Shown here: positions 1 through 12,630 of the stretch, one piece after another
How positions within the stretch are numbered: position 1 is the first letter of the stretch
Layout: every line of letters starts with the position of its first letter
NCBI GenBank assembly: GCA_964016885.1
Contig: OZ024741.1
Span: forward strand, 359,414,001-359,478,000
Length of the DNA stretch: 64,000 nucleotides
Source: Eledone cirrhosa
Taxonomy: Eukaryota
Reading direction: 5' to 3'
Program-made: the position numbers and the translations under genes
Notes under the pieces: generated by a model
Databases searched by the model: none
What the model was told of the DNA's origin: nothing
The model's input: the letters and a program-made list of their open reading frames with translations, nothing else

Positions 1-125
1 ATGCTCATTGCTAGAATAATTTTGATTCTAACTTTGTACAATAAAGGTTGATCTAGATGAGCTAAACATCCAGATCAACCTTTATTGTACAAAGTTAGAA
101 TCAAAATTATTCTAGCAATGAGCAT
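1..125. repeat. Near-perfect palindrome (59-bp arms, 7-nt loop); may extend left of the window
   Basis: 1-59 is the reverse complement of 67-125 with one mismatch; loop agctaaa at 60-66. Confidence 0.95.
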
Positions 126-569
126 CCCAAACATCATCATCTGCTTTCCCTGCTAGCAAGGGTTGACAGATCTACATAGCTCAAGTCAACACTGAAGCAG
201 GGCTACTGATCTCCCAATCAGGCCAGGAATCTGCATCTTGCTTATATATGGTCTCAGGTTCTACAAAGTGTACAGGGGAGGTTTTCATGTCTTTGACACA
301 ATTGAAGGGTCCTCCCAATCCTTTGTTTGGCTAGCTTTCTATGGCTTGATGCTCTCAACAAGATCTGGCATTTGTTTTTGATTGAAAGACAAAATTAATT
401 CATCAGCAGAATCTTAACCCTTTTGTTACCATATTTTTAATGAAATACACTGCTTGTGATTTTCAAATCATTTTGAAAATAATCAAGAATTTAGAAGGAT
501 TTAGTAAAATAACTAACTTTTACATTATTAAGCTGGTTTTTGGAACATAGAATTACAATGGAAGGGTCT

Positions 570-1425
570 CCTGCCGGTTGGTTTTTGCCTGCTAAATCTG
601 TCCAGTGATTCTTTCCTGAGACATTTTAACCACATGCCCATAGTATCAGAGCTGTGATCTCTCGATTCGAAGATGTAGCAGCTCTACCTGGAGCAACTCT
701 CTGATCTCCGAGCTACGCACTCTATCGAGTAATGTTACTCCAAAGACCTTTGGAGGAACTCGATTTTGGCTGCTTGTATTCACAATTGCATCCTTTCAGT
801 CATAACACAAGATTCATGACCATAGGTAAGGGTTGGCACAAATACCGAATTGAAGATAGTGAGTTTGGCTTTTACACCTACCTCCTTTCTGATTACTGAT
901 GCTGAAGCTGGCACTTTACTGCAGCTCCTCTTGTAATTCTTGCACTTAAGTCAGCCTCCTGCCTTCCATCACTCATGAACACAGCCCCGAGATACTTGAA
1001 TTTCTCCACCTGCTTCAGTAGAATTTCATTCACATGTAGCATGCACTGTGTTGGCTTCCTTGAAAGGATGAGAGTCTCAGCTTTTGCAACACTGATTTTC
1101 ATTCCAGCCATACAGCCCTTGGCATCAAACCTACCAATCCAAATCAGAGAGCACTTTTTGTCGAGTTAAGTAACACCATGTTGTCTGCAGATTCCAGCCA
1201 ATTGATATTACTTCCAACCAGGCTGAGTATTTCAATCCTGTTCATGTAAATAATGAACAGGAGAGGTGACAATACGCACTCTTGGCAGAGTTAAACTCCT
1301 ACATTGAACGGTTTTGATTTAGCACCATTTATCCAAACACAAATACTCAGGTATTCGAATAGAGACATCAGGGCAACAAGAAGCTCACTATTGATCCCAT
1401 GCTCCTGCAGAACCTTCCACAGCTG
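570..1425 (-). mobile_element. Decayed RTE-type non-LTR retrotransposon RT fragment
   Basis: ORF 893..1111 reads GMKIS..K.E...QVEKFKYLG...DGR, typical of the RT C-terminal region; flanks are broken by stops and frameshifts. A related copy lies at ~52310-52720. Confidence 0.8.
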
Positions 1426-1505
1426 TTTTTTTAAATTAAATATAAACACTTAAAAACAAACAATATAGCATTTCAGAACCAGTGGTTTGATATAAAAAGT
1501 ATTAA

Positions 1506-1754
1506 CCTTTTTATTACCATATTTTCAATGAAAGATTCTGTCTATGATTTTCAAATAATTTTGAAATTAATCAAGAATTTGGAGGGATCTAATAATAATA
1601 ACTAACCTTCTCTTTATTATGATGGGGTTTAGAACTTAAAAAAGATCTTATATAAAATTATAATCAAAGACTTTTAGATGAATATAAACACATTCAAACA
1701 AAGTTTTATACCATAGAACCAGGGTTGAGTTCATGTAGTTTGGTATCAAAAGGG
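1506..1754. mobile_element. piggyBac-like MITE, family 2
   Basis: TTAA|CCTTTTTATTACCA ... TGGTATCAAAAGGG|TTAA. Degenerate relatives near 415-560, 3070-3240, 9350-9550, 11460-11845, 12295-12410, 12830-12965 and 14200-14440. Confidence 0.7.
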
Positions 1755-1758
1755 TTAA

Positions 1759-1966
1759 CCCTTTAGCATTTAAACCGGCTATATCCAGCCAAAATTATCT
1801 CACTTCTTTCTGTTCAAACCGGCATTAACTGGCAGCTCATACTGACGCTAAAGTATTGTTCTCAAAATAAATAATATCAAAATCTCATAGATTCAATATC
1901 ATATGAGATAAAGTCTTTACCATGAAAATATAATAGTAAATATAGAATAATGTAAATGCTAAAGGG
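1759..1966. mobile_element. piggyBac-like MITE, family 1
   Basis: TTAA|CCCTTTAGCATTTA ... TAAATGCTAAAGGG|TTAA: 14-bp TIR with TTAA TSD. Shares TTAA 1755-1758 with the adjacent family-2 MITE. Confidence 0.85.
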
Positions 1967-2359
1967 TTAAAATATACCTAGTTATGAGGAAATAGGCTGT
2001 AGAATTTTTAGTCAAGTTTCCCTTTGATAGTCTAGCATCCTATCAAAAAGTTTGTTATTGTATCATAGAACCAGGTGTAGTTTCCGATACTTCAGCATCA
2101 AAAGGGTTAAAGCAGGAATGAAATAAAATCTTTAGACAATACAAACAATATGTTACATCATAAATATATTGATCTAATTATTATTTTAACAACAGATATT
2201 ACATGATCAGTTCACTGATTTCAATCTATAAATTTATTGAGACTTAAATTCTAAGCTATTGTTTCTTTCCCTCCATTATTAGCTGACTGGCACCATCACA
2301 TTTCAGTTTTAAAAATAACTCAAAAGAATGATTCCATTTTCAATGATATATTTTTATAA

Positions 2360-2552
2360 TAATTGTTTCTACTTTTGGCACAAGGCCAGCAATTATCCCA
2401 GTGCATTACTGGTACTTTATTTTATCGACCCCGTAAGGATCAAAGGCAAAGTTAACCTCGGTGGGATTTGAACTCAGAATGGCAAGGGCCGTAACTCTAT
2501 GCGTCAAAACATGGTTTCCGATCCTCTACCGATACTGCCAATCCACAGCCCT
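2360..2552 (-). mobile_element. tRNA-derived SINE
   Basis: Reverse-strand homologue of 12435-12630, with A-box and B-box-like motifs and a conserved GCCTTT..ATCCTTACGGGGTCGATAAAATAAAG core. Confidence 0.8.
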
Positions 2553-4047
2553 AATAATAAATAATAATAATCATTATTATTGGCAACAGATTGAACTGGA
2601 CACGTTTCTAGATAAGGTTGTACTGTAGAGGGTTGTGTTGATTAGAATAGTAGTAGTAGTGGTGGTGGTGATAGTGTTAATGGTAGTGGTGAAGGTTAAA
2701 GCAGTGCTAGTTCATGATAATGACTGGTATTGTTGATGGTTATGTAGTGTATGAAATGTGATCAGAATTTTCCATAATATAAAAATAGTCAGTCTGTGTA
2801 CATGTTTGTGTGTGCATGTTTGTGTGTGCATGTGTGATTTTGAATGTGTGAATCTGTAGCAAGGTTTTTTGAACATCTGAAGTTGAAAGACATTTTTAGG
2901 TGCCCTAGTCTTAACATTTTCATACCAATCCAGCTGGAACCACTCCTGATTCTATGATACAATACTGTTTGTTTTAAATTGTTTATACAGGGTGTCCCGA
3001 AAAAATATATACACACTTCAATAGAATTCTAATAAATGTGTATACATTTGGGGGGGGGGGGGGGACATCCGGTATTTATCTAAAACCCTTCCATTGTGAT
3101 TTTATGTAAGAACCTTTAAGTTATGTTTCAAGCACCAATTTAATGAGAAAGTTATATTACTAAATCTCTCCATTTTCTTGATTATTTAAAAATTATAGAC
3201 AGTATCTCTCTTAAGAAATATGGCAACAAAAGGGTGACTCCTTTTGATATTAAACCACATTAACACTTTAGCATTTAAACCGGCTGTATCCGGCCAGAAT
3301 TTTCTCACCTTTTTCTTTTCAAACTGGCCATAACCAACTGTTCATACTTATGGTAAGGTATTGTTCTCAAAATAGATAATATCAAAATCTTGTAGATTCA
3401 ATATTATGTACATACACAATCAAATGTTTTGTGTTCACATGTTGTTTTGTTTAGCATGAGTATAATGCTTAAAAATACTACAGAATTTGCTGACTAAAAC
3501 ATTTGATTAATTTTTTATTGTATGTGACACGCCAGAAGAGATAATATTTCATTTGAAATTATCTGTTATATTGTAATCCTACTGTAGCCACACTTCTAAT
3601 AAAAGACACTGTCTATAATTTTACACATAAGTTTGAAATAATAATTTAAGGGATTTAGTAATGTAACCAACTTTCTCATTATCAAACTAGTGTTTGGAAC
3701 ATAACATAACAAAAGTTCTTAATAAAATTGTGATAGAAGGTTTTTAGATAAATATAAACATTGTAAAACAAACAGTACTGTATTTCAGAACTAGTAGTAG
3801 TTTAACACATTAGCATTTATATTACTCTATATTTACTATTAAATTTTCACAATATAGGCTTTACCTTATATAATATCTCACATAATATCGAATCTATGTG
3901 ATTTTGATATTATTTATTTTGAGAACAATACCTTAACATCAGTAAGAGCAGCTGGTTATAGCTGGTTATAGTTTGATCAGAAAGAGGTGAGAAAATTCTG
4001 GGTGGATATGGCTGGTTTAACCCTTTAGCATTTACATTACTCTATAC

Positions 4048-4216
4048 AATGAAATTCCGTTATAACGAAATTCATTGGGTATAAAAAAAATTTGTTGTAA
4101 CGAAAATTCTTTATAACAAGATCGACCTGACACATCGACTGTGTGGCTGGGGATTGAAAAAAAATTTGTTATACTGAAAAATTTGTTATGGTATTTGCTA
4201 TAACGGAATTTTACCT
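4048..4216. mobile_element. Tc1/mariner(pogo)-like MITE
   Basis: TA|CAATGAAATTCCGTTATA ... TATAACGGAATTTTACC|TA imperfect TIRs, inserted at a TA inside a piggyBac-like MITE. Confidence 0.6.
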
Positions 4217-4572
4217 ATATTTACTATTGTATTTTCATGGTAAAGGCTTTATTTCACATACTTATCTCACATAATATTGAATCTACAAGATTTTGATATT
4301 ATCTATTTTGAGAACAATACCTTACCATAAGTATGAACAGCTGGTTAAGGCGAGTTTGAACAGCCGGTTTAAATGCTAAAGTGTTAATGGTTTGATATCA
4401 AAAGGAGTCACCCTTTTGTTGCCATATTTCTTAAGAGAGATACTGTCTATAATTTTTAAATAATCAAGAAAATGGAGAGATTTAGTAATATAACTTTCTC
4501 ATTAAATTGGTGCTTGAAACATAACTTAAAGGTTCTTATATAAAATCACAATGGAAGGGTTTTAGATAAATA

Positions 4573-4646
4573 CAGGATGTCCTCCCAAAAATGTATACAC
4601 ATTAGAATTCTATTGAAGTGTGTATATATTTTTTCGGGACACCCTG
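4573..4646. mobile_element. Tiny Tc1/mariner-like MITE
   Basis: TA|CAGGATGTCC ... GGACACCCTG|TA; mirror copy at ~2988-3071. Confidence 0.7.
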
Positions 4647-6577
4647 TATAAACAATTTAAAACAAACAGTATTGTATCATAGAATCAGGAGTGGTTCCAG
4701 CTGGATTGGTATGAAAATGTTAAGACTAGGGCACCTAAAAATGTCTTTCAACTTCAGATGTTCAAAAATCCTTGCTACAGATTCACACATTCAAAATCAC
4801 ACATGCACACACAAACATGTACACAGACTGACTATTTTTATATTATGGAAAATTCTGATCACATTTCATACAAAATAAAGCCTTTACCATGAAAATACAA
4901 TAAATTTTTCAGTATCACAAATTTTTTTTCAATCCCCAGCCACACAGTCGATGTGTCAGGTCGATCTTGTTATAAAGAATTTTCGTTACAACAAATTTTT
5001 TTTATACCCAATGAATTTCGTTATAACGGAATTTCATTGTATAGAGTAATGTAAATGCTAAAGGGTTAAACCAGCCATATCCACCCAGAATTTTCTCACC
5101 TCTTTCTGATCAAACTATAACCAGCTATAACCAGCTGCTCTTACTGATGTTAAGGTATTGTTCTCAAAATAAATAATATCAAAATCACATAGATTCGATA
5201 TTATGTGAGATATTATATAAGGTAAAGCCTATATTGTGAAAATTTAATAGTAAATATAGAGTAATATAAATGCTAATGTGTTAAACTACTACTAGTTCTG
5301 AAATACAGTACTGTTTGTTTTACAGTGTTTATATTTATCTAAAAACCCTCTATCACAATTTTATTAAGAACACTAGTTTGATAATGGGAAAGTTGGTTAC
5401 ATTACTAAATCCCTTAAATTATTATTTCAAAATTATGTTTAAAATTATAGACAGTGTCTTTTATTAGAGGTGTGGCTACAGTAGGATTACAATATAACAG
5501 ATAATTTCAAATGAAATATTATCTCTTCTGGTGTGTCACATACAATAAAAAATTAATCAAATGTTTTAGTCAGCAAATTCTGTAGTATTTTTAAGCATTA
5601 TACTCATGCTAAACAAAACAACATGTGAACACAAAACATTTGATTATTTTTCTAAACAAATTATTTCCTGAAACTTCAAGAAGGTGACTATAAATAAATG
5701 ATGTAAACAAATAAATAAATTGATTAATATTATTATCTTTTTTGTGGAGAGTACAAGTGATAACTACAGACATGTTTAAGTCTTATTCTGACCTCACCAG
5801 GTGCATGACTAGTGGTTCATTAGGTTGTGGGTTCAATTTTTGAGCAGGCAGAGCAATTGTACTCTTAAGCAAAATGCTTCATTTCATGTTACTTTTCATT
5901 ATAGAATAGGGGTCCACACCATTAAAACATTGAAGAATCCCCCCCCCCCCCCCTATAAGACACAACTTTGCTGGAGGCCAGCTAAATCTACATAGGTGTG
6001 AGCTGTAGATTTATTACAGTCACTGTAATTGCCAAATAGTGATGTAGGAACCATGAAGTAAATGTGGAAGGAGTCAAAGGGTTAATATACTAATGGTGAT
6101 TAGGGTAGTGCATCAGATAAATATTTCTAGTAAGAATAATGTTATGTCACAAAAGGGTTGACATTTTTATAGTTATCTTCTCATTCTCCTCTACATTTCT
6201 ATTTCTTCTTTTATTTCACATTCTATCTTCTGATGAAAGATTAGCGTCCGAAACGTTAAGACACTTTTATACTACTATATCAAGCATTAAACTAATATTT
6301 ATATATCTTCATTCTACTGTGTTGTTTGCTTTAATGCTTTCTGATATATAGAATAAGAAAATGTGAAGTAATTTCAGATATTAAAGTCCTTTATTGATAA
6401 AGCCATGATACATATTTTGATGACGACAATGGCCACGTGATTCTGCATACCCAGTGCCAAAGATGTGGAGGGGGGCTCACAAGGGAACGGGCAAAGGCTT
6501 CAAGACCATCATCTTTGTCCGTTCCCTTGTCATTTCAATTTGGATGGCTTCGGGAACATAACTTTATTATGTAAGAA

Positions 6578-6652
6578 GCTGTCTGATGAGATCATGGCAC
6601 TGGTTAGGCGGAATCGCGTGGCCACTGTCGTTATCGAAATATGTATCACAGC
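6578..6652 (+). ncRNA. Type I hammerhead ribozyme motif with intact core
   Basis: Stem I GCTGT/ACAGC; CTGATGA 6583-6589; stem II GAT.ATGGC/GTCGT.ATC with G-C closing pair; GAAA 6636-6639; minimal stem III; ATC triplet 6645-6647. Overlaps the right arm of an inverted repeat (~6350-6460 / 6595-6705). Confidence 0.75.
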
Positions 6653-6756
6653 CTTATTAATAAAGGACTTTAACATCTGAAACTACTTCGCATTTTCTTA
6701 TTCTGAATATACTCCGTCATTCTTATGTGGAAGAAGTATGTTGAGTATATTTACCG

Positions 6757-6800
<44 letters not shown>

Positions 6801-6996
6801 TTTAAACAATGAAATAAAAATTCAAGTCATTAGAAATATACTTCACTGCTTTACGATCGTTTCTAGGTGATGATAATACATCGTAACCATATTTTGTTAT
6901 AGATCTATGTAAGGTTAGTTACAAAATATCAGATAAGGAAAATATTTATTTACATATATATCACCAGCTGTTGTCAAAAGCAACTTACCGTGGATA

Positions 6997-7027
<31 letters not shown>

Positions 7028-7089
7028 GAAAATGAGGGGGTTTTTTAAATAAAAAAACCAGATGTCCTACACAAGTGAAAATATAAGGG

Positions 7090-7283
7090 AAAGAAATCGA
7101 AAATGCAACTGGAGTCTATTTAAGAGTATTTATTTATTTCCTTTACCGGTTTCACATTTCTTATGCTTTTCAAACCAGAGACCCTCCATCTCATTCTACT
7201 TTTGAAAAGCATAAGAACTGTGAAACCGGTAAAGGAAACAAATTATTCTTAAAAAGACTCCAGTTATATTTTCGGTTTCTTTT
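7090..7283. repeat. Fold-back Penelope pLTR-like remnant with minimal hammerhead-like motif
   Basis: ~85-bp inverted arms (7090-7175 / 7200-7283) between (TA)n tracts; right arm reads TTGAAAA-GCAT..CTGT-GAAACCGGTA-AAGG. Confidence 0.65.
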
Positions 7284-9091
7284 ATATATATATATACATA
7301 TTATATATATATTATATGTATATGTGTGTGTGATTATTTATATGTACATATATATGTGTGTCCATATCTATGTTTGTTTATGTTCTTTAACCTAGTAGTT
7401 TGACTAAAGGAGATCGATAAAATAAGTATCAAATGTGAACAAAATAGATAACGTGGTTGATATGATTAACTAAATCTCTTAAAGCTATTATGGCTGCAGT
7501 CTCATTACTAAAAATAATAATAGAATATAACAATCCAATTCCTTCTCCAAACATTAAATCAGTGTTATCAATTATGTATGACATCATGACATTGTTAACT
7601 AATTAAACACGAGTTTGGTAAATATATATTCTACCCTATCCCCCACCTCATGTCCTAGAATGATTGTAAATATTTATATATATATACAGTATAAATATCT
7701 ACATGTGCGTTTGTTTATTTACATTCACTCTAGTGGAAGACACGCTGACAACATTTGGAGAATATATATCTGTAAGTGTTTACATATTCAACAATGTGTA
7801 TTCTACATAACCACATGTAAAGTTGATAGTTGGTATATTTTGTATGAGTTTTAGCTGGTTTTCAATCAACGAGATCGATGTGATTGATTTACTAGAAAAT
7901 TATAATCTCAATGATCATTTTGATAGACAATTCAAAGTAGATTTATTAACTCTTTTGATCCTGACCCCAAAATGGCTTTATTGACCCTTTTGATTTTAAC
8001 CCATTCAAAACTGCATCTGGTTTTATGAAACGAAACCATCCGTTTCAAAGGGATTCCCATTTAAATTAAAACCTTCCAATAACATTTTATGTGGGAAATG
8101 TGTTAAGTTACTGTCTTAGAAATGAAATAATTATTTGAATAAATCCCTTAAAATTCGTCATTAATTAATTAAAATAGAGTGCAAGTCATTAAAAGTATAA
8201 TCATGAAAAGGTTAACATTTTTATAGGGTTTTTTGGGGGAAAATTTATCATGTTTTGTGTATAAGATCCTTATTTATTCATTTCATAAGGTATTTATTTT
8301 ATGGTCAATTGATAGTTCACAAAATATATTCTGTTGATTTTAGGGTACAGACAAATCACACTTTGTGTTTAACCAAATTTTGTTTTTTACAAACCTTTAA
8401 AACCTTTAAGAGATTGTATTCTCCATGCACCTACCCATAGTTAAATGTTGGCAGGGAAATTTCAAATATATTTGTAAATTATTATAAGACAACATTGTAC
8501 AGTTAGACAAAAAAAATGTTTAATGAAACAAAAAGGGGAAAGAAGAAAAAGAAAACAGAGAATGAAGTAACAAAGGAACGGGAGGGAGGGAGAATCAGAC
8601 ACTACACCCCAGTCTGAGTGGTGATCCGGCCATGCCCTACAGACCGAATGGTGAAGGCATTGCTATGGAGAATGGCCAAGTGTTTTATGGTAAACCAATA
8701 GCATATATTCTTTATTCTTAAACAAGTTTCAATCATTTGACTATAGCCAGGCTGGAACACCAGTCTTAAAGTCGATCATATCAGCCACAGTACCTATTCT
8801 TTTTAAATCTGGTACTTAGTTGATACCTTTTTGTCGACATAAACATAGATAAAGACACTAAGATACACACACGTACAAACACACATACATCATCATCATC
8901 ATCATCATTTTACGTCCGCTTTTCACACAAACAAATACACACACAAATACACACACAAATATATGAAGTTTCTGTCTATGAAATTTCATTCACCTAACAT
9001 TAGTCAAACTGAGGCTGTAGTTGAAGACTTGCTTAATGTGCGACATAGTCAAACTGAACCAAGAGCCATGTCATTGTGAAGCAATCTCTGA

Positions 9092-9300
9092 AACCATACA
9101 ACCATGTTCTCACCTATACAGCCATGTTTACACCTAAACAGCCTTGTCTGCATGTATACAGTCATGCGAGCACCTATACAGCCATGTCTTCACCTATTCA
9201 GCCATGCCTGCAGCTATACAGCCATGTCTGCACCTATACAGTCATACCTGCACCTATACAATTATGCTTACACCTATTCAGCTATGTCTGCATCCACATG
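9092..9300. repeat. 21-bp minisatellite, ~10 copies
   Basis: Unit approximately CACCTATACAGCCATGTCTG(N), degenerate. Confidence 0.85.
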
Positions 9301-12300
9301 ACTTATATTAAGGTGAAAATTTTAAGGTGAATTCATAATGATTTTATGTTTAACCTTAAAAGATTTGTAGGAATTTAGTAACAATAACTAACTTTCTCAA
9401 TATTAAACTGGTGTTTGGAGCATAACTTAACAAAGGTTCTTACATAAAATTGTGAAAGAAAGCTGTTAGATAAATATAAACACTTTAAAATAAAGTTTTG
9501 TATAATAGAATCTGAGGCAGCTTCAGTCAATTTGTTATATAAAAGGATTAAAACAGGAGTGAAATAATCTCCAGACGATATTAACATGTTACATCATATA
9601 TAAATATATACTCAAGGACCAGTGCAATCAATAACAGTGGAGATATTTAATTTTTGGAGTCCAGGATTAGTGTTCTATATATATATATCAGGATTACTGG
9701 ACATATGAACAATCATAGAAACTGGGAAATTTGCGTTTTGATAAATTTATGGTTTGTATAAGAGAAACCCTATAGTTTATGTTGATTACTGAGACATGGA
9801 AGTGATTAAAGATAATAATAATATTTTAATCATTTATTTCTAGGATATGATTACATAAATGTTCAGGATGTATGTACAAATGAAATACAGAATTAGATAT
9901 ATGAGTAACTTTTGAAAAAAAAAAATATTTGCAAGGACAAATATGATTGCAGCAACATGCCTGATATAGAAAATGCATTGTGTCTATGTGTGTGTATATT
10001 TGTGCAGGTACATTTTAGAGAATTACAGATGGCTTATAGCTACAATCAAAATACAAAACTCAAAGCCAGGTTAACTGTCTTGAAATATTTATTAACATGA
10101 TTGCTTACAGATTACAAACTGTTTCATTCCAAATTGAAATTTTCAAAGATCTAAAATTTTTGACACAGCTTAAGAGTCCTCCAGACCATTTGCTAGCAGA
10201 TTTTCTTTGGCTGGATGCCCTTCCTATCACCAACCTCTTTACAGGGTTTACTGAGTGCATTTTTTCTTGGCACCTGCACAAGGGAGGTTATCAGGCATAG
10301 ACTTAACTGAAGGGCCCTCTCTTCCCTATGGGAAGTACTGTAGGGTGGGAATAGGATGGGTGAGGTAAGAAGGATGATAAGTATATCATAGATCAATGGC
10401 AAGAGGTGGAGGAAGTGGCAACTGGTAGTGTTAGAGTGAGAAAGTATATCATGGGTGTGAGACAGATGTGGTGGAGTTTGACTGTGATGAGAGTGTGGGG
10501 ACAGGTAGAAATGATCCTGGGTAGAGTGAGAGTGTACAGTGATGGTGAGAGTAGTTTCTAAGTGATGCAAAAGGGACAGATCACACTATTATGCTAGCAG
10601 GCAAGTCTTCTCTATTACTGCATGTTGCCAATCCTCACGGTCCTTTGTCATCTCTGTTGTGAGGTTCAAGCTCTTATCATTGGCCTTCATTGCTTCATTC
10701 CTTCTCTTCATAGGTTTACCACTTCCAAATCCAATCCAGTGGAATTTTTCTGCTTATATTATACAGCTGTCATCTTCCATAAGTATTACATGTCCATACC
10801 ATCATATTCTTTTCTCTTGCATGTGACATTAGAACCTGCTTATACAGAGTTTTTCTCTCAGTTTGCCTATGCTTCACCGTTCCTGGATACTATTATTCCA
10901 TATGAACTGGAGTATACTCACTTCATTTCTTTCTAGGCTTTATTGGTCTTCATATACCCATGTCTCACTACAGTTCACACATATACATCATACATACAGT
11001 CTACCCTTCATCCCAAGAAGCCCTTTGAATATAATCATCATCATCATTTAATGTCCACTTTTCTATGTTGGAATGGTATGGCTACATGTGTGTATAACTG
11101 TATAGGTGTGTACATGTGTGTATATATATATGTGTGTTTATGGGGATGTGCTGTTGAATCCTAAAAAGGAATGTAACTCTGGTGAACCTAGTCATCTGAT
11201 ATATAGAGATTGGTAAAATTAGTACAAGGCTGGGTTTGATATAATTGACTACAACTTATGAAGGTATCCCAACATAGCAATAGTGTAATATCTGAAACCA
11301 GTAGGAAAGTAAAAGAATATATCATTCCATGGAAACAAGAGTCAAATCGTCAGCAATCTAAGTTGATGACAACAAAAAAAAAAGAAATTATTTCATTTGT
11401 TTGGCAATAGTTACAAGCTTTCATTGTTTGATTTCCTCTGATACTGTTAGCCACTACATATAGTAACAATAACTAATTTCCTCACTATTATGTTGGTGTT
11501 TGACAAATAATATAACAAAATGTCTTACATAAAATCATGATGAAATATTTTTAGATAAATACAAACTCTATATAGCAAACAACCCAGTTTGTAGAGCCAG
11601 GGGCAGTTTCAGGTAGTTTGGTATTTATAATGAAAAATATATTTTCAAATCATTTAAAAAATAATAAAGAATTTGCAGGGATTTATTAAGATATGTAACT
11701 TTTCATTATTAAACTGGGTTTTGGAGCACAACTTACATAAAATTATGATGAAAGATTTTTAGATAAATATAAATACTATAAACAAACAGCTTTGTATTGT
11801 AGAACTAGTGATGGCTTCAGGCAGGCTGGTATCGAAAAGGATAAAAATAAAATAATAACTAACCTGGCCAGGAAAAATATTATCCTCGGTTACTTAGAGA
11901 GAGTGAGACAGAAAGATTGTGTGTACCTGGAGAATATCATTCTCGTGTTCAAGAAAATGAATAAATTTACCCTCATATTTTGAAAGCAACTATTTTAACA
12001 TGTTCTTTTCACGAAATACTCTCCATAAAATCATTTAAAATAATGATATATATTTCTCAGTACTAACTGTCAAACAAAGTGAAATTAAATATTTTGAACT
12101 TCACACGATGTAATGAACATTGCTCTTGATAAGTAGAAAATAGGAGAGATTCATATTGATTATATTGTTGAAATTAAAGTTCATAGAGAATTTGGAACAA
12201 ACAATTTTATCTGCATTATCTAGTTATTTTGACAAACACCTAGGAACATTAACAAAAGTCTAAAACTTTGTTATAGTACTATCAAAATCATTTCATTACC

Positions 12301-12434
12301 ATATTTCTAATGAAAGAATCTGCCGATGATTTTCAAATTATTTTGAAATTAATGAAGTATCTCAAGGGATTTAGAAAATTAACTAAGCTTCTCTTTTATT
12401 TTAACACACTTAGTTATTTTAGAAAAATAACTAC

Positions 12435-12630
12435 GGGTGGTGGATTGGCAGAATCGGTAGAGGGTCCGACGCCCTGCTTTTCAGCATATAGAGTTACGCC
12501 CCTTTACAGTCAGAGTTCTAATTCCGCCAAGGTTAACTTTGCCTTTCATTCTTACGGGGCCGATAAAATAAAGCATCAGTAATGCACTGAGATTGTGGCT
12601 GGCCTTGTGCCCAAAGTAGAAACAATTATT
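12435..12630 (+). mobile_element. tRNA-derived SINE, near full length
   Basis: A-box-like TGGCAGAATCGG, B-box-like GTTCTAATTCC, conserved core and AT-rich tail. Other copies at ~14040-14110, 35721-35819, 51680-51865 and 57110-57295. Confidence 0.8.

Larger units (their letters stand above)
2748..5645. repeat. Complex inverted duplication A-B-A'-B'
   Basis: 2748-3409 is inverted at 4269-4872 (mirror ORFs 2789..3016 and 4618..4878); 3418-~4255 is inverted at ~4873-5645. Confidence 0.9.

Noticed and set aside
5765-5805. Further minus-strand hammerhead (CTGGTGA-GGTC..GACT-TAAACATGTC)
   Set aside because: Two core substitutions and a poor stem I; too decayed to call.
9844-10007. Possible upstream exon of the bZIP gene
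   Set aside because: Only a plausible acceptor and a weak donor, with no recognisable coding signal; needs transcript data.
12435-12520. tRNA gene
   Set aside because: A/B-box-like motifs belong to a dispersed SINE; no cloverleaf.
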